DNA of 64,000 bases from Mobula hypostoma (lineage: Eukaryota). The number at the start of each line of letters is the position of its first letter. Within the stretch, counting starts at the first letter, position 1. Below the pieces are notes generated by a model, which was given only the letters and a program-made list of their open reading frames with translations, had not been told where the DNA came from and made no database searches. Made by a program: the position numbers and the translations under genes. The DNA lies in assembly GCF_963921235.1 (NCBI RefSeq), contig NC_086097.1, positions 119,228,001 to 119,292,000 of the forward strand. The letters run 5' to 3'. Below are positions 1 through 11,384 of the stretch, in pieces.

Positions 1-218
1 TTTACTGCACTCATGGACTTCTTCATCAAGTTATGATACTGTTGCACTGTTTGTATCTACAAACATTTGTATATGTTATAATTATGTGGTTTAGTCAGTT
101 TTTTTGGTCTTGGTCTGTCCTGTGTTTTGTGATATCACACCGGAGGAAATAATGTATCATTTCTTAACGCATGCATCACCAAATGACAACAAAAGAGGAC
201 TACGTGTCTTCATAATCC
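1..218 (+). mobile_element. 3' end of a non-autonomous retroelement, same family as 17285-17916
   Basis: tatgttataattatgtgg...aaaagaggactacgtgtcttcataatc matches the reverse complement of about 17290-17440. Confidence 0.8.
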
Positions 219-1232
219 TATATCCAGCACATTGTTCTCTGCAGCTTCTGGTATATCCAAAGAAATCCTAACACGAAGCACATCTTTCCCTCTCCCACAC
301 CACACTTTCTGTAGGGGTCACTCCAAAAGTGACTCCCTTGCCCACTCATCTGTCCCCGCTGATTTCCCTCCTGGCACTTATGCCTACAAGCGGGACAAGA
401 GCCGTCTGTTCCTACACCATCTCCTTCATAACCAGTTAGGGCCCCAAACAGTCCTTTCAGGAGAGGCAACACTTCACCTGTGGGTCTCTCGGGGATATCT
501 ATTGTAGCTGATACTCCCAGTGCAGCCTCCTCCACATCGGTGATGCAGTTAGGGGACCACTTTGTCAAACACCTTCACTCTGTCAGTCGCAAAAGGCAGG
601 GTCTCCCGGTGACTATCCATTTCAATTCTACTTCCCATTCTCTTCTGACATGTCAGCCCATGGCATCCTGTACTGCCACGATGAGGCCACACTCAGGTTG
701 GGCGGGGGGGGAAACACTTTATATTCCATCTAGGTAGCCTCCAACCTGATGGCATCAACATTGATTTCCCTAACTTCCAGTAATTACTCACTACCCCAAC
801 TCCTTCTCTCACTTTTCCATTCTTTATTCTGTTACTCTCTCACCTCTTCTCTCTCCTCACTTGCCCATCACCTCTCTCAGGATCCACTCATCCTTCCTTT
901 ACTTCCACGGTCCACTGTCCTCTCCAATTAGATTCCTTCTTCTTCAGTCCTTTAACTTTTACGTCTATCACCTGCCACTTTCCTATTTCATAGCCCTACA
1001 CTCAATTCTCCCCCATTGTGTTTCACCCATCACCTATCAGGTTGTATTTCTTCCCCTTCCTCCACCTTCTTATTTTGACTACTCCTCATTTTCTTTCCAG
1101 TCTTGATGAAAAGTTTCAACCCATAATGTTGACTGTCTATTCCCCTTTGTAGATGCTGCCTGACTTGCTGAGTTTCTCCAGCATTTAACATGTATTGTTC
1201 AATACTTCCAGTTTCTCCAGAATCCCTTGTGT
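219..1232 (+). mobile_element. Penelope-like element remnant (degenerate GIY-YIG region plus terminal repeat)
   Basis: Colinear with 34160-35085. Ends in a degenerate tgatgaa...gactg...gatgctgcctgacttgctgag terminal module. Confidence 0.7.
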
Positions 1233-1284
1233 CAACACTAATTCTACCTTATTCTCTTCATTTTCCTATCAGCTCACCCCAAAA

Positions 1285-1700
1285 TGTAGCACTCATTTAC
1301 ACTGGAGGGACAATTTACAGTGGCCAGTTGACTTTCCATCCTCCATGTATTAGGCACAGGGAGGATGTACAAACTCCACACAGACAGCACGGGAGGTCAG
1401 GATCGAGCCCAGGTTATCGGTGCTGTTATGGGCTGACCAGTGGACCATTTGCAATCAGTATAAGTGTAAGACAGATTGTTGTGTGAAACCTTTAAGTATC
1501 ACCATACTTCCAGCACCAACGTGGCATGGGCACAACTCACTAACCCTAACTATAAGTTTTTGGAATGTGGGAGGAAACAGGCACCTATGCAAACAAGGAG
1601 AACATACCAACTCCTTATAGACAGTGCCAGGGATCAAACCCCAGTTGGTTGTTGCTGGCACTGTAAAGTGACTGTGCTAACTATTATGCTACCATGCCAC
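1285..1700 (-). mobile_element. Two degraded tRNA-derived SINE fragments (V-SINE/HE1-like)
   Basis: Reverse strand shows ggagtttgtacatcctcc and ggagttggtatgttctcc cores shared with the SINEs at 44622 and 57370, plus a tRNA-like head tggcatggtagcataatagttagcac. Confidence 0.6.
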
Positions 1701-1863
1701 TCCTGTGCCTGTGTATGTAAGTAGGTTGTCACCACACTTCCATCATAGCATGCCTAGAACTCGCTATGTGTGCATATGAGTGTGTATGTTTGAGACACTG
1801 TGCATTTGTGTATGTAAAAATACATGTGTGAGAGAAAATATGTGTTCGTGTGTGAGTGAGACT

Positions 1864-2230
1864 CATCATCAGCAGCATCGTTATGTGCCATGTTGTATGA
1901 CGTGGGTGATCATTGTCTTTCCATGATCATGATTGTTCTTGGCAAATTCTACAGAAATGGTTTGCTTTTGCCTTCTTCTGGGCAGCGCCTTTTCAAGGTG
2001 GGTGAACAAAGCCATTATCAATACTCTTCACAGGTTGTCTGCCTGATGTCAGTTGTTGCACAACCAGGACTTGTGATGTGCACCAGATACTCATACGACC
2101 ATCCATTAGCACCTGCTCTCCTGGCCTCGGGTGACCATGACTGGGGTCTAAGCAGGTGTTAAACCTTGCCCAAGGGTGACCTGCAGGCTAGAAGAGGGAA
2201 GGAACACCTTACATCTCCTTTGGTGGAAAC
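1864..2230 (-). mobile_element. Short non-autonomous element with an RTE-like 3' end and (TGA)n tail
   Basis: Minus strand gaaggcaaaagcaaaccatttctgtagaatttgccaagaacaatcatg resembles RTE/BovB 3' ends. Ends ...gctgatgatg. Confidence 0.55.
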
Positions 2231-3286
2231 CACTATTTGGCCAAATCAACCACCTTAGTGCCATTTCTTCAGTTCCTTAACCATTACATGCAGACCAGTC
2301 CAGTCCCTCCAACTCATTCTCTTGGTATTCCACTACACTGTTTCTTCAAATGCTAATTTATTGTTAGTTTCTGCCTGCCCGATCAAAACTTTGTGATAAA
2401 ATGTTCTGCAGCAACTTCTTTCCTTTGGTAGCAGATTGAGTTAAAGTAATTTCTACTGATCTTCTATTGCAAAATCAATCCTCCTGAATTGCTAATGAAA
2501 TCTGGCCAACATGCACACCATCTGCAAGCTCCCTAGCCATCCAGGTTTAATGTGCAAAAAAAAGACTATAGACTTTTATACGCATAGTGCCTTAAGGATA
2601 ACTGAGAATGGAAAAGAAATATCATGTACAATTCCTGCAGATTCTGGAGGAAATGATGTTTCATTTAGAAACTGCTGAAGGATTGGGTGGCATTTTCCAC
2701 AGCAAGGAATAATAATGGCTTTTTCAGCCTACACATACTTGGACCTGCCCAGGTCTGAGCAAGTCTTTAAGGAGATTCTGAGAATCTTTACAGAGAGGAT
2801 TCTCGGTTCTAGGTGCCTAATTTCCTGAAGGCAGTTTTTTTTTGCATATCATCATCATAGAAGAGGAGGAAGGACAGGAAAAGACAGAAGCTTAAGACAA
2901 CACAGCAAAAATTTCAGGCCATTGTCTTTCAGCATTTTATTTTGCTCAAAAATTCTTCCAAATTTAACATGAATTTAACATGACTTTCTTCAGTGTGGCT
3001 ATGAACACTATTATTCAGACTAGAAAGCAGAATATTTCAAAGCAAATTGCAATATCTGATATAATATATCAAAACAAACCAAATACTCACTTATTAAAAG
3101 TAAAAGTTCAATGACATCGATTGCATTACTTCCCTTTCAGAAAGTAATAAAGGCAGACAAATAATCAAATGTCTTCATGTGTTAAGTTATACCATCAGGT
3201 AATTAATATATACAGTATATATATTTAAACTTTTGACTTACAGAGATATCTATACACAGTTATATATTTAAATAAATTACTTTGAA

Positions 3287-3655
3287 GCTACACACATAAA
3301 AATTGCTGGTGAATGCAGCAGTCCAGGCAGCATCTCTAGGAAGAGGTACAGTCGACGTTTCGGGCCGAGACCCTTCATCAGGACTAACGGAAAGAAGAGA
3401 CAGTAAGAGATTTGAAAGTGGGAGGGGGAGGGGGAGATCCGAAATGATAGGAGAAGACAGGAGGGGGAAGGGATGGTTCTAAGAGCTGGAAAGTTGATTG
3501 GCAAAAGGAATATGAGAGGATCATGGGACGGATGGGAGGCCGAGGGAGAAAGAAAGCAGGAGTGGGGAAGCCCAGAGGATGGGCAAGGAGTATAGTGGGA
3601 GGGACAAAGGAGAGGGAGAAAAAATATATAATAATAAAAGATAAATAAATAACGG
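3287..3655 (-). mobile_element. Penelope-like terminal repeat copy (young)
   Basis: Closely similar to 43128-43551 in reverse orientation. Confidence 0.8.
3350..3385 (-). ncRNA. Minimal type I hammerhead ribozyme motif
   Basis: Minus strand AGUC-CUGAUGA-A-GGGUCUCGGCCC-GAAA-CG-UC^GACU. Core is intact, helix I is AGUC/GACU, helix II is GGGU-CUCG-GCCC, and helix III is the palindrome ACGU. Confidence 0.75.
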
Positions 3656-4312
3656 CCTCCTAGTACTTTTAGATTCAGATTCAGAGTTATTTATTTATCA
3701 CATGTACATTGAAGCATACAGAGAAATGTGTCATTTGCATTAACAACCTACACACCTCGGAATGTGCTGTGGACAGCCCACATGTGTTACCACACTTTGC
3801 AATGCAAATATAACAGGCCCACTATGCTTGGTGGAACAACAGGGAGCACAACAAAACAGAATAAAGCACCAACAGCAAGACAAGCCCCTTTCATCCCTCC
3901 CTCACAGATGTGCACTCACACGGACAGTTGTCCAACTTCTGGACGAGACTTCAGTTTCTAGTCTTTTGATGTCAGCCAGTGGGCTTCAACAGCCCTATTC
4001 CTACTGCTTGTACGGACATCCCATTGGCAGTCCCACCAACTTAGGGCACCCTGACATCCGTGGAAGACTCATTATCCGGGATTTGTTGAGGGCTCAATCT
4101 TTCCATTTCTCAGTTTATGAATGATATTGTTAGGCCCCAGTGATTAGTTTTATTTGTCAAATGCAATCAATGGTCGCTGGTGCTGTAAAGTGATTGCACT
4201 AACCGCTACACCAGCAGCATATCCCTTAGTATAACTTGTCCCTTCTTCTAGTGACTAGCTGCTGGGAAATCTGAAGTTCTTGAAAGATTGTTGATCAGAC
4301 ACATGTGATGGT

Positions 4313-4858
4313 AACACACACAAAACACTGCAGGAACTTAGCAGGTCAGGCAGCAATTATGGAATGGAATAAAGAGTCGACGTTTCAGATCGAGACCCTT
4401 CACATGAGCAGGAAAGGTATGGGGAAGAAACTAGAATAAAAAAGAGGGGGAGGGGAAGGAGGACAAGATAGAAAGTGAGAGGTGAATCCATGTGAAAGGG
4501 AAGGTTTGTGAGTAGGGGGAGGCAGTTGAAGGGGAAGCTGAGTGGTGATAGCTGGAAAAGATAAAAGGCTGAAGTGGAAGGAATCTGATCGGAGAGGGAA
4601 GTGGACTGTAGTAGAAAGCGAAGGAGGAGAGGTGCCAGAAGGAGGTGATGGTCCAATGAGGAGAAGGGAAGGGGTAAGAGAGGAGTCAGAAAAGGGAATC
4701 AAAAAAGAGAGAAGTGGGAGGGGAGAGAAATTACCAGATGTTAGAGAAATTGAATTTCATGGTTGGAGGCTACCCAGATGGAAAATAAGGTGTTGCTCCT
4801 CCTCCAACCTGAGTGTGGCATCATCATTGCAGCAGAGGAGATCATGGATTGACATGTG
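4313..4858 (-). mobile_element. Penelope-like remnant
   Basis: Reverse complement contains caacaccttattttccatctgggtagcctccaacc and a degenerate terminal module at 4375-4410. Confidence 0.7.
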
Positions 4859-7800
4859 ATGATAAACCGAATGTCCTATTTAAATGTTCTTCACTTTCTT
4901 ATCCTCAACCTCAGGTTTGCATTAGCTTTTATCATTAGCTATTTTAAGTGTGTAGATCTCCTTATGGTCCTGACTTTACAATACTGTGTCCATGCGGTGA
5001 CCATTTCTTGAATCCATGTTGCCTCTTTTTTTCACCCCTCTAGCACGAGTTGTGGTTCCCAGCAGCCTCTCTGCTCTTTCGTCCATCCATTGCTTTTCAT
5101 AGCCTTGATTGATCTTTACTTCATGTTTTCATATCCACCTTACAAGTTCATTGCTCTTTAGAAATGTATATTGGTGACTTTGCTTGTGGCTTCATTCTTC
5201 TTCTGTGACTTATCTTCTGCAAATATTCTCTATTATATTTCTTTTTCAGTAAAGTCACTGAATTTCTTCCCAATGCTAGTCCATTAAGCCTATTAAGCTT
5301 TCGGAATTTCATCTTTCAATGACTTTACCACAATTGTTATAACAAGCCAAACAGGATCAGGTTTTATGAGCTCTGGCAGAATTAAATTAATGTTTTTATG
5401 GTTATTAGTTGCTCTTGGAACAAATTCCACGTTTAAAATTAGCACTTAAATGTACCCATTCATGGTAATGCAGGAAAATGTTGTAAGTATTCAGGTGCCA
5501 TTATTAATAATTTTCAATTGCATCAGAAGTTTGTGCTTGAGTAATCCTGATTGAATAACACTGTAATAATATGTTATTGGCAACATTTATTGCACAGTGA
5601 ATCAATTACATTACTTAAGTGGAAAACTCAGAAGACAAAATAGCTGAAAGAAAAAACAGCTTCACATCTGGATGTGATCTCTGTGCTCAGCAGAATAAAA
5701 GGAAGCGACAGAGGAGACTCAGAAAAGGAAGGGAGGTGGAGACACTGGATAAAGAATGAACAAAAATAAACTGCCTTCAGAATCCGACAATTTGTTTGCC
5801 CCATTGGTTTGCTCTACATTTTCCAGGTTTTAGTTCCTATAGTCACTGGGCTAGATCACACACACGCTAGAGGACTTGAACTAGATTTTTTTTTCCTGTT
5901 TATTCTTTGAATTTTTGCATATTCTGATCAGATGCTAGAGGAACATTGAACACGGAAATCCAATAAAATTGCCTATTGATTTGAAACCCAAATGCAATGT
6001 TTTGTGCTCCAAAGCACTTGAAATAATCACTGGTAGGGCATATGAATTTAGATATGAATGATGCATTATTGTCTGGAAATCTCTTGGCAAAATGAAAGGA
6101 AAAGTACTGGCTGATAAGTGCTATTAGACAGACATGTAGGTGACAATCAGCCGACATGGATAACATACATGGGCAGATTTTGTAGGTTCAAGAGATTAGG
6201 CAACATGCATGGAATGGAATAAACGGTTAATGTTTTGGGCTGAGACCATTCATCAGGATTTTGTAGATTTTTAATTTCACTTAAAAGAGGTGTTTCTGCT
6301 GAATCAGAAAACTTATAGTACAGAGATCTCATTCAAAGTTTCAAAGGTTCATGTTATTATCAAGGTATATATGCAGAATACAACTCTGAAAATTTTCTTC
6401 TCCAGATAGCTATAGAATACAGAAACCGATATAAGTAGTTGAAAAGAAAGACATCAACCCACACTCCTCCCCGCATAAAACATACAAACATAGAAAACCT
6501 ACAGCACAATACAGGCCCTTCGGCCAAGAAAGCTGTGCCGAACATGTCCCTACCTTAGAACTACCTAGGGTTTACCCATAGCCCTCTATTTTTCTAATCT
6601 CCATGTAGCCATCTAGCAGTCTCTTTAAAGACCCATTCGTTTCTGCCTCCACCACCACCGCCAGCAGCCCTTTCCATGCACTCACCACTCTCTGAGTAAA
6701 AAACTTATCCCTGACATCTCCTCTGTACCTACTTCCAAGCACCTTAAAACTATTCCCACTCATGCTAGCTATTTCAGCCCTGGGGAAAAGCCTCTGACTA
6801 TCCACATGATCAATGCCTCTCATTATCTTGTACACCTCTGTCAGGTCACTTCTCATCCTCCGTCGCTCCAAGGAGAAAAGGCCGAGTTCACTCAACCTAT
6901 TCTCATAATGCATGTTCCCTAATCCAGGCAACATGCTTGTATCTCCTGTGCACCTTTTCTGTGGTCTCCACGTCCTTCCTGGAGTCAGGTGACCAGAACT
7001 GAGCACAGTACTCCAAGTGGGGTCTGACCAGGATCCTATATAGCTTCAACATTACCTCTCGGCTCTTAAACCCAATCCCAAGACTGATGAAGGTCAACGC
7101 ACCATATGTCTTCTTAACCACAGAGTCAACCTGCGTAGCAGCTTTGAGTGTCCTATGGACTCAGACCCTAAGATCCCTCTGATCCTCCACATTGCCAAGA
7201 GTCTTACCATTAATGCTATATTTGCCATCATATTTGACCTACCAAAATGAACCACCTCACACTTATTTGGGTTGAACTCCATCCGCCTCTGGACAGCCCA
7301 ATTTTGCATCCTATCAATATCCCGTTGTAACCTCTGACAGCCCTCCACACTATCCACAACACCCCCAACCTTTGTGTCATCAGCAAATTTACTAACCCAT
7401 CCCTCCACTTCCTCATCCAGGTGATTTATAAAAATTACAAAGAGTAGGGGTCCCAGAACAGATCCTTGAGGCACACCACTGGTCACCGGCCTCCATGCAG
7501 AATATGACCCGTCTACAAACACTCTTTGCCTTCTGTGGGCAAGCTAGTTCTGGATCCAGAAAGCAATGTCCCCTTGGATCCCATGCCTCCTTACTTTCTC
7601 AGTAACTCTTGCATGGGGTACCTTATCAAATCCCTTGCTAAAATCCATACATGCTACATCTACTATTCTATTTTCATCAATGTGTTTAGTCACATCCTCA
7701 AAAAATTCAATCAGGCTCATAAGGCATGACCTGCCTTTCACAAAGCCATGCTGACTATTCCTAATCATATTATGCCTCTCCAAATGTTCATAAATCCTGT

Positions 7801-8188
7801 CTTTCAGGATCTTCTCCATCAACTTATCAACCACTGAAGTAAGACTCACTGGTCTATAATTTCTTGGGCTATCCCTACTCCCTTTCTTGTATAAGGGAAC
7901 AACATCTGCAACCCTCTAATCCTCCGGAACCTCTCTCATCCTCATTGATAATGCAAAGATCATTGCCAGAGGCTCAGTAGTCTCGTCTCTCACTTCCCAC
8001 AGTAGCCTGGGGTACATCTCCTCTGATCCCAGTGACTTATTCAACTTGATGCTTTCCAAAAGCTCCAGCACATCCTCTTCCTTAATATCTACATGTTCAA
8101 GCTTTCCAGTCCACTGCAAGTCACCCCTGCAATTGCCAAGATCCTTTTCCATAGTGAATACTGAAGCAAATAATTCATTAAGTACCAC

Positions 8189-8638
8189 ACATCAAAGTTG
8201 CTGGTGAATGCAGCAGGCCAGGCAGCATCTCTAGGAAGAGGTGCAGTCGACGTTTCAGGCCGAGACCCTTCGTCAGGACTAACTGAAGGAAGAGTGAGTA
8301 AGAGATTGGGGTGACTTGCAGTGGACTGGAAAGCTTGAGCATGTAGATATTAAGGAAGAGGATGTGCTGGAGCTTTTTGAAGGCATCAAGTTGAATAAGT
8401 CACCGGGATCAGAGGAGATGTACCCTAGGCTACCGTGGGAAGCAAGAGAGGAGACTGCTGTGCCTTTGGCAATGATCTTTGCATTATCAATGAGGATGGG
8501 AAAGGTTCCGGAGGATTAGAAGATTGCAGATGTTGTCTGTACTCTTCCTAGAGATGCTGCCTGGCCTGCTGCGTTCACCAGCAACTTTGATGTGTGTTGC
8601 TTGAATTTCCAGCATCTGCAGAATTCCTGTTGTTTGCG
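8189..8638. mobile_element. Penelope-like insertion: inverted terminal repeat, captured DNA, then forward terminal repeat, with a 13-bp TSD
   Basis: CATTAAGTACCAC at 8176-8188 and 8639-8651. Reverse terminal repeat 8189-8307, CR1 sequence 8308-8537, forward terminal repeat 8538-8637. Confidence 0.85.
8245..8280 (-). ncRNA. Minimal hammerhead ribozyme motif
   Basis: Minus strand AGUC-CUGACGA-A-GGGUCUCGGCCU-GAAA-CG-UC^GACU. Confidence 0.72.
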
Positions 8639-10484
8639 CATTAAGTACCACTGCTATTTCCTCCGGTTCCATACACACTTTTCCACTGTCTTACTTAATT
8701 GGTCCTATTCTCTCATGCCTTATCCTCTTGCTCTTCATATACTTGTAGAATGCCTCAGGGTTTTCCTTAATCCAACCCACCAAGGCCTTCTCATGGCCCC
8801 TTCTGGCTCTCCTAATTTCATTCTTAAGTTCCTTCCTGCTAACCTTATAATCATCTAGATTCCTATCATTACCTAGATTTGCAACAGCCTTTGTACACCA
8901 TGGATCTTCTTCCCTACCAACCTTTCCATGTCTCATTGGAACATACCTATGAGGAACCCCATGCAAATATCCCATGAACATTTGCCACATTTCTTCCGTA
9001 CGTTTCCCTGAGAACATCTGTTTTCAATTTATGCTTTAAGTTCCTGCCTGATTAGCCTCATATTTCCACTTACTCTAATTAAACGTTTCCCTGACTTGTC
9101 TGTTCCTGTCCCTTTCCAATGCTATGGTAATGGAGATAGAATTGTGATCACTATCTCCAAAATGCTCTCCCACTGAGAGACCTGAAACCTGACCAGGCTC
9201 ATTTCCCAATACCAGATCAAGTACAGCCTCTCCTCTTGTAGGCTTATCTACATATTGTCTCCAGAATCTTTCCTGAACACACCTAACAAACTCCACCCCA
9301 TCTAAACCCCTCACTCTAGGGAGATGCCATGCAGTATTTGGGGAAATTAAAATCTCCCACCACAACGACCCTGTTATTATTACTCCTTTCCGGAATCTGA
9401 CTCCCTATCTGTTCCTCGTTGTCCCTATTACAATTAGGTAGTCTATAAAATACACTCAGTAGAGTTATTGACCCCTTCCTATTCCTAACTTCCACCCACA
9501 GAGACTCTGTAGACAACTCCTCCATGACTTCCTCCTTTTCTGCAGCCATGACACTATCTCTGATCAAGAGTGCCACGCCCCCACCTCTTTTGCCTCCTTC
9601 CCTGTCCTTTCTGAAACATCTAAAGCCTGGCACTTGAAGTAGCCATTCCTGCCCCTGCACCATCCAAGTCTCTGTAATGGGCACAACATCATAACTCCAA
9701 GTGCTGATCCAGGCTCTAAGCTTATCCTCTTTATTCATAATACTCCTCACATTAAAATAGACACATCTCAAACCATCGGTCTGAGCACGTCCCTTCTCTA
9801 TCACCTGCCTATCCTCCCTTTTGCACTGTCTCCAAGCTTTCTCTATTTGTAAGCCAACCTCCCTTTCCTCCGTCACTTCAGTTCGGTTCCCACCCCACAG
9901 CAATTCTAGATTAAACTTTCCCCAATAGCCTTAGCAGACCTTACCACCAGGATATTGGTCCCCCTTGGATTCAAGTGTAACCTGTTCTTTTTGTACAAGT
10001 CACACCTGCCCCAGAAAAGGTCCCAATGATCCAGAAATCTGAATCCCTGCCCCCTGCTCCAATCCCTCAGCCATGCTCCTCTGACGCCCGCTCTGTAAAC
10101 CTGTCTTCCTTTTAAACTCTTCCTGCTGTTTTCAATAGCCGACCTCCATGTGCTTGCGCAGTCTTGCCCTGTTCAAACCTCTGAAGAAATGACCATCACC
10201 TTTTAAACTCTTCCCACTTTTCTCATTGGCCAACCTCCATGCACTTGCGCAGTCGTGCCCCGTTCAAACCGCTGAAGAAAAAGAAAAAAAAAACAAAATC
10301 TCACAAACCCTGAACATCCCCAACCCCTCCCTTGCACACAAACTAACAGATCACCTAATCTCCCATCTCCCAGCCTGCCAATCCACAACAAGAAAGAATG
10401 GGCGAAAAGATGAAACAAACATAGAACTGAAAGAGGCCAATATGAACTACAGTCCAGTCCATAAATCTCAGAATTTTGATAACA

Positions 10485-10656
10485 TCTCTGAGAGCATTGG
10501 GACCCAGCGGCCCCTCCGAGAGCAGTGACTGGAACCAACAGCCCCTCCGAGGGCAGTGACCCCTCCAGTGTCAGTGACTTGAACAAGTGGCCTCTCTGAG
10601 GATACTGACATGAACCAGCAGCCTCTCTGAGGAAAGCAACATGAACCAGTTGCCTC
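10485..10656. repeat. Degenerate 31-bp minisatellite, about 6 units
   Basis: Units include ccctccgagagcagtgactggaaccaacagc and ctctctgaggatactgacatgaaccagcagc. Confidence 0.7.
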
Positions 10657-11384
10657 TTCGTGAACCGTTCACTCTCCTCCGCATTTGCCTCGATGCTTCA
10701 ATCTCCTTTGATGCTTTAATCAGAGGGAAATGTAGTCGATCATGAACCTTCGTCTCATCTCTGAACTTCTCCTCATGGTAGCTCATGCTCCCATTTCTCT
10801 CTTGGAGTTTTCTCAGAGAAAGCAGGGTGCAAGCTGACTCAATCAAATGACAAGCTATAAGCCACACGCTCCAACAGTTTCAAAAACAAAATTATATAAA
10901 AAAGGATAAGGAGACGTAGAAAAACTGAAATGATTGACTATCTGGAAGATGTCGCCTGAAGAATCTTTGTTACCTGGCGCCATCTTGACTGAAATTTCTC
11001 TTGATCCATCATGGTTCTTTGAAAATATGAGTCCAATTAGATCCAAAGCAGCAGAACTTTTTTTCTGTCATCACATCCTTTTCAAAATCCTCATCAAGAA
11101 TATTACCACTTGCTCTTCGCTTCACCACAGCTGCTGGTGCTGAGGAGGTGAATTTGGACCTTAGCCATAAATCTCTTCTGCCAAGGTTGTGGCTACTATA
11201 GAGTGACCTGAAGAAATGGAAATGATAAAAAATAAATGAAGGTTTTAATTAAAGTTCATTGATCTGAAACAAAGATACTCTTTCCCTCTTTACAGGTGGT
11301 GTTCGCCATGGATAATTCCAATATTTCCTGACTGTCTTTCACAGCTTCAACATAGATTATACTGTGCTTTTGTAGACAAAATCT

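Larger units (their letters stand above)
6481..10276 (-). mobile_element. CR1 LINE, near full length, frameshifted, ORF1 mostly deleted
   Basis: APE endonuclease (LRCVYFNVRSIMNK, VVGDFN, SDHN) and RT (QHGFVKGRSC, GVPQGSVLGP, KFADDTK). SGNH-esterase ORF1 C-terminus at 9900-10075. 3' tail tttctatgtttgtatg. Confidence 0.92.
6332..10990 (-). mobile_element. Non-autonomous retroelement with a CAAGATGGCGCC head, split by the CR1 insertion
   Basis: Head at 10987-10976, body 10277-10990, LINE-like tail (..ataataacatgaacctttgaaactttgaat) at 6332-6480. Confidence 0.5.

Noticed and set aside
2100..2230. HDV-like ribozyme at the 5' end of the RTE-type element
   Set aside because: I could not build the nested double pseudoknot by eye; it needs a covariance-model search.
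5150..5315. Short basic minus-strand ORF (MKFRKLNRLNG...)
   Set aside because: About 54 aa in AT-rich DNA with no recognisable motif; expected by chance.
10485..10656. CRISPR-like array
   Set aside because: Units are contiguous and degenerate with no unique spacers, there are no cas genes, and the context is eukaryotic.
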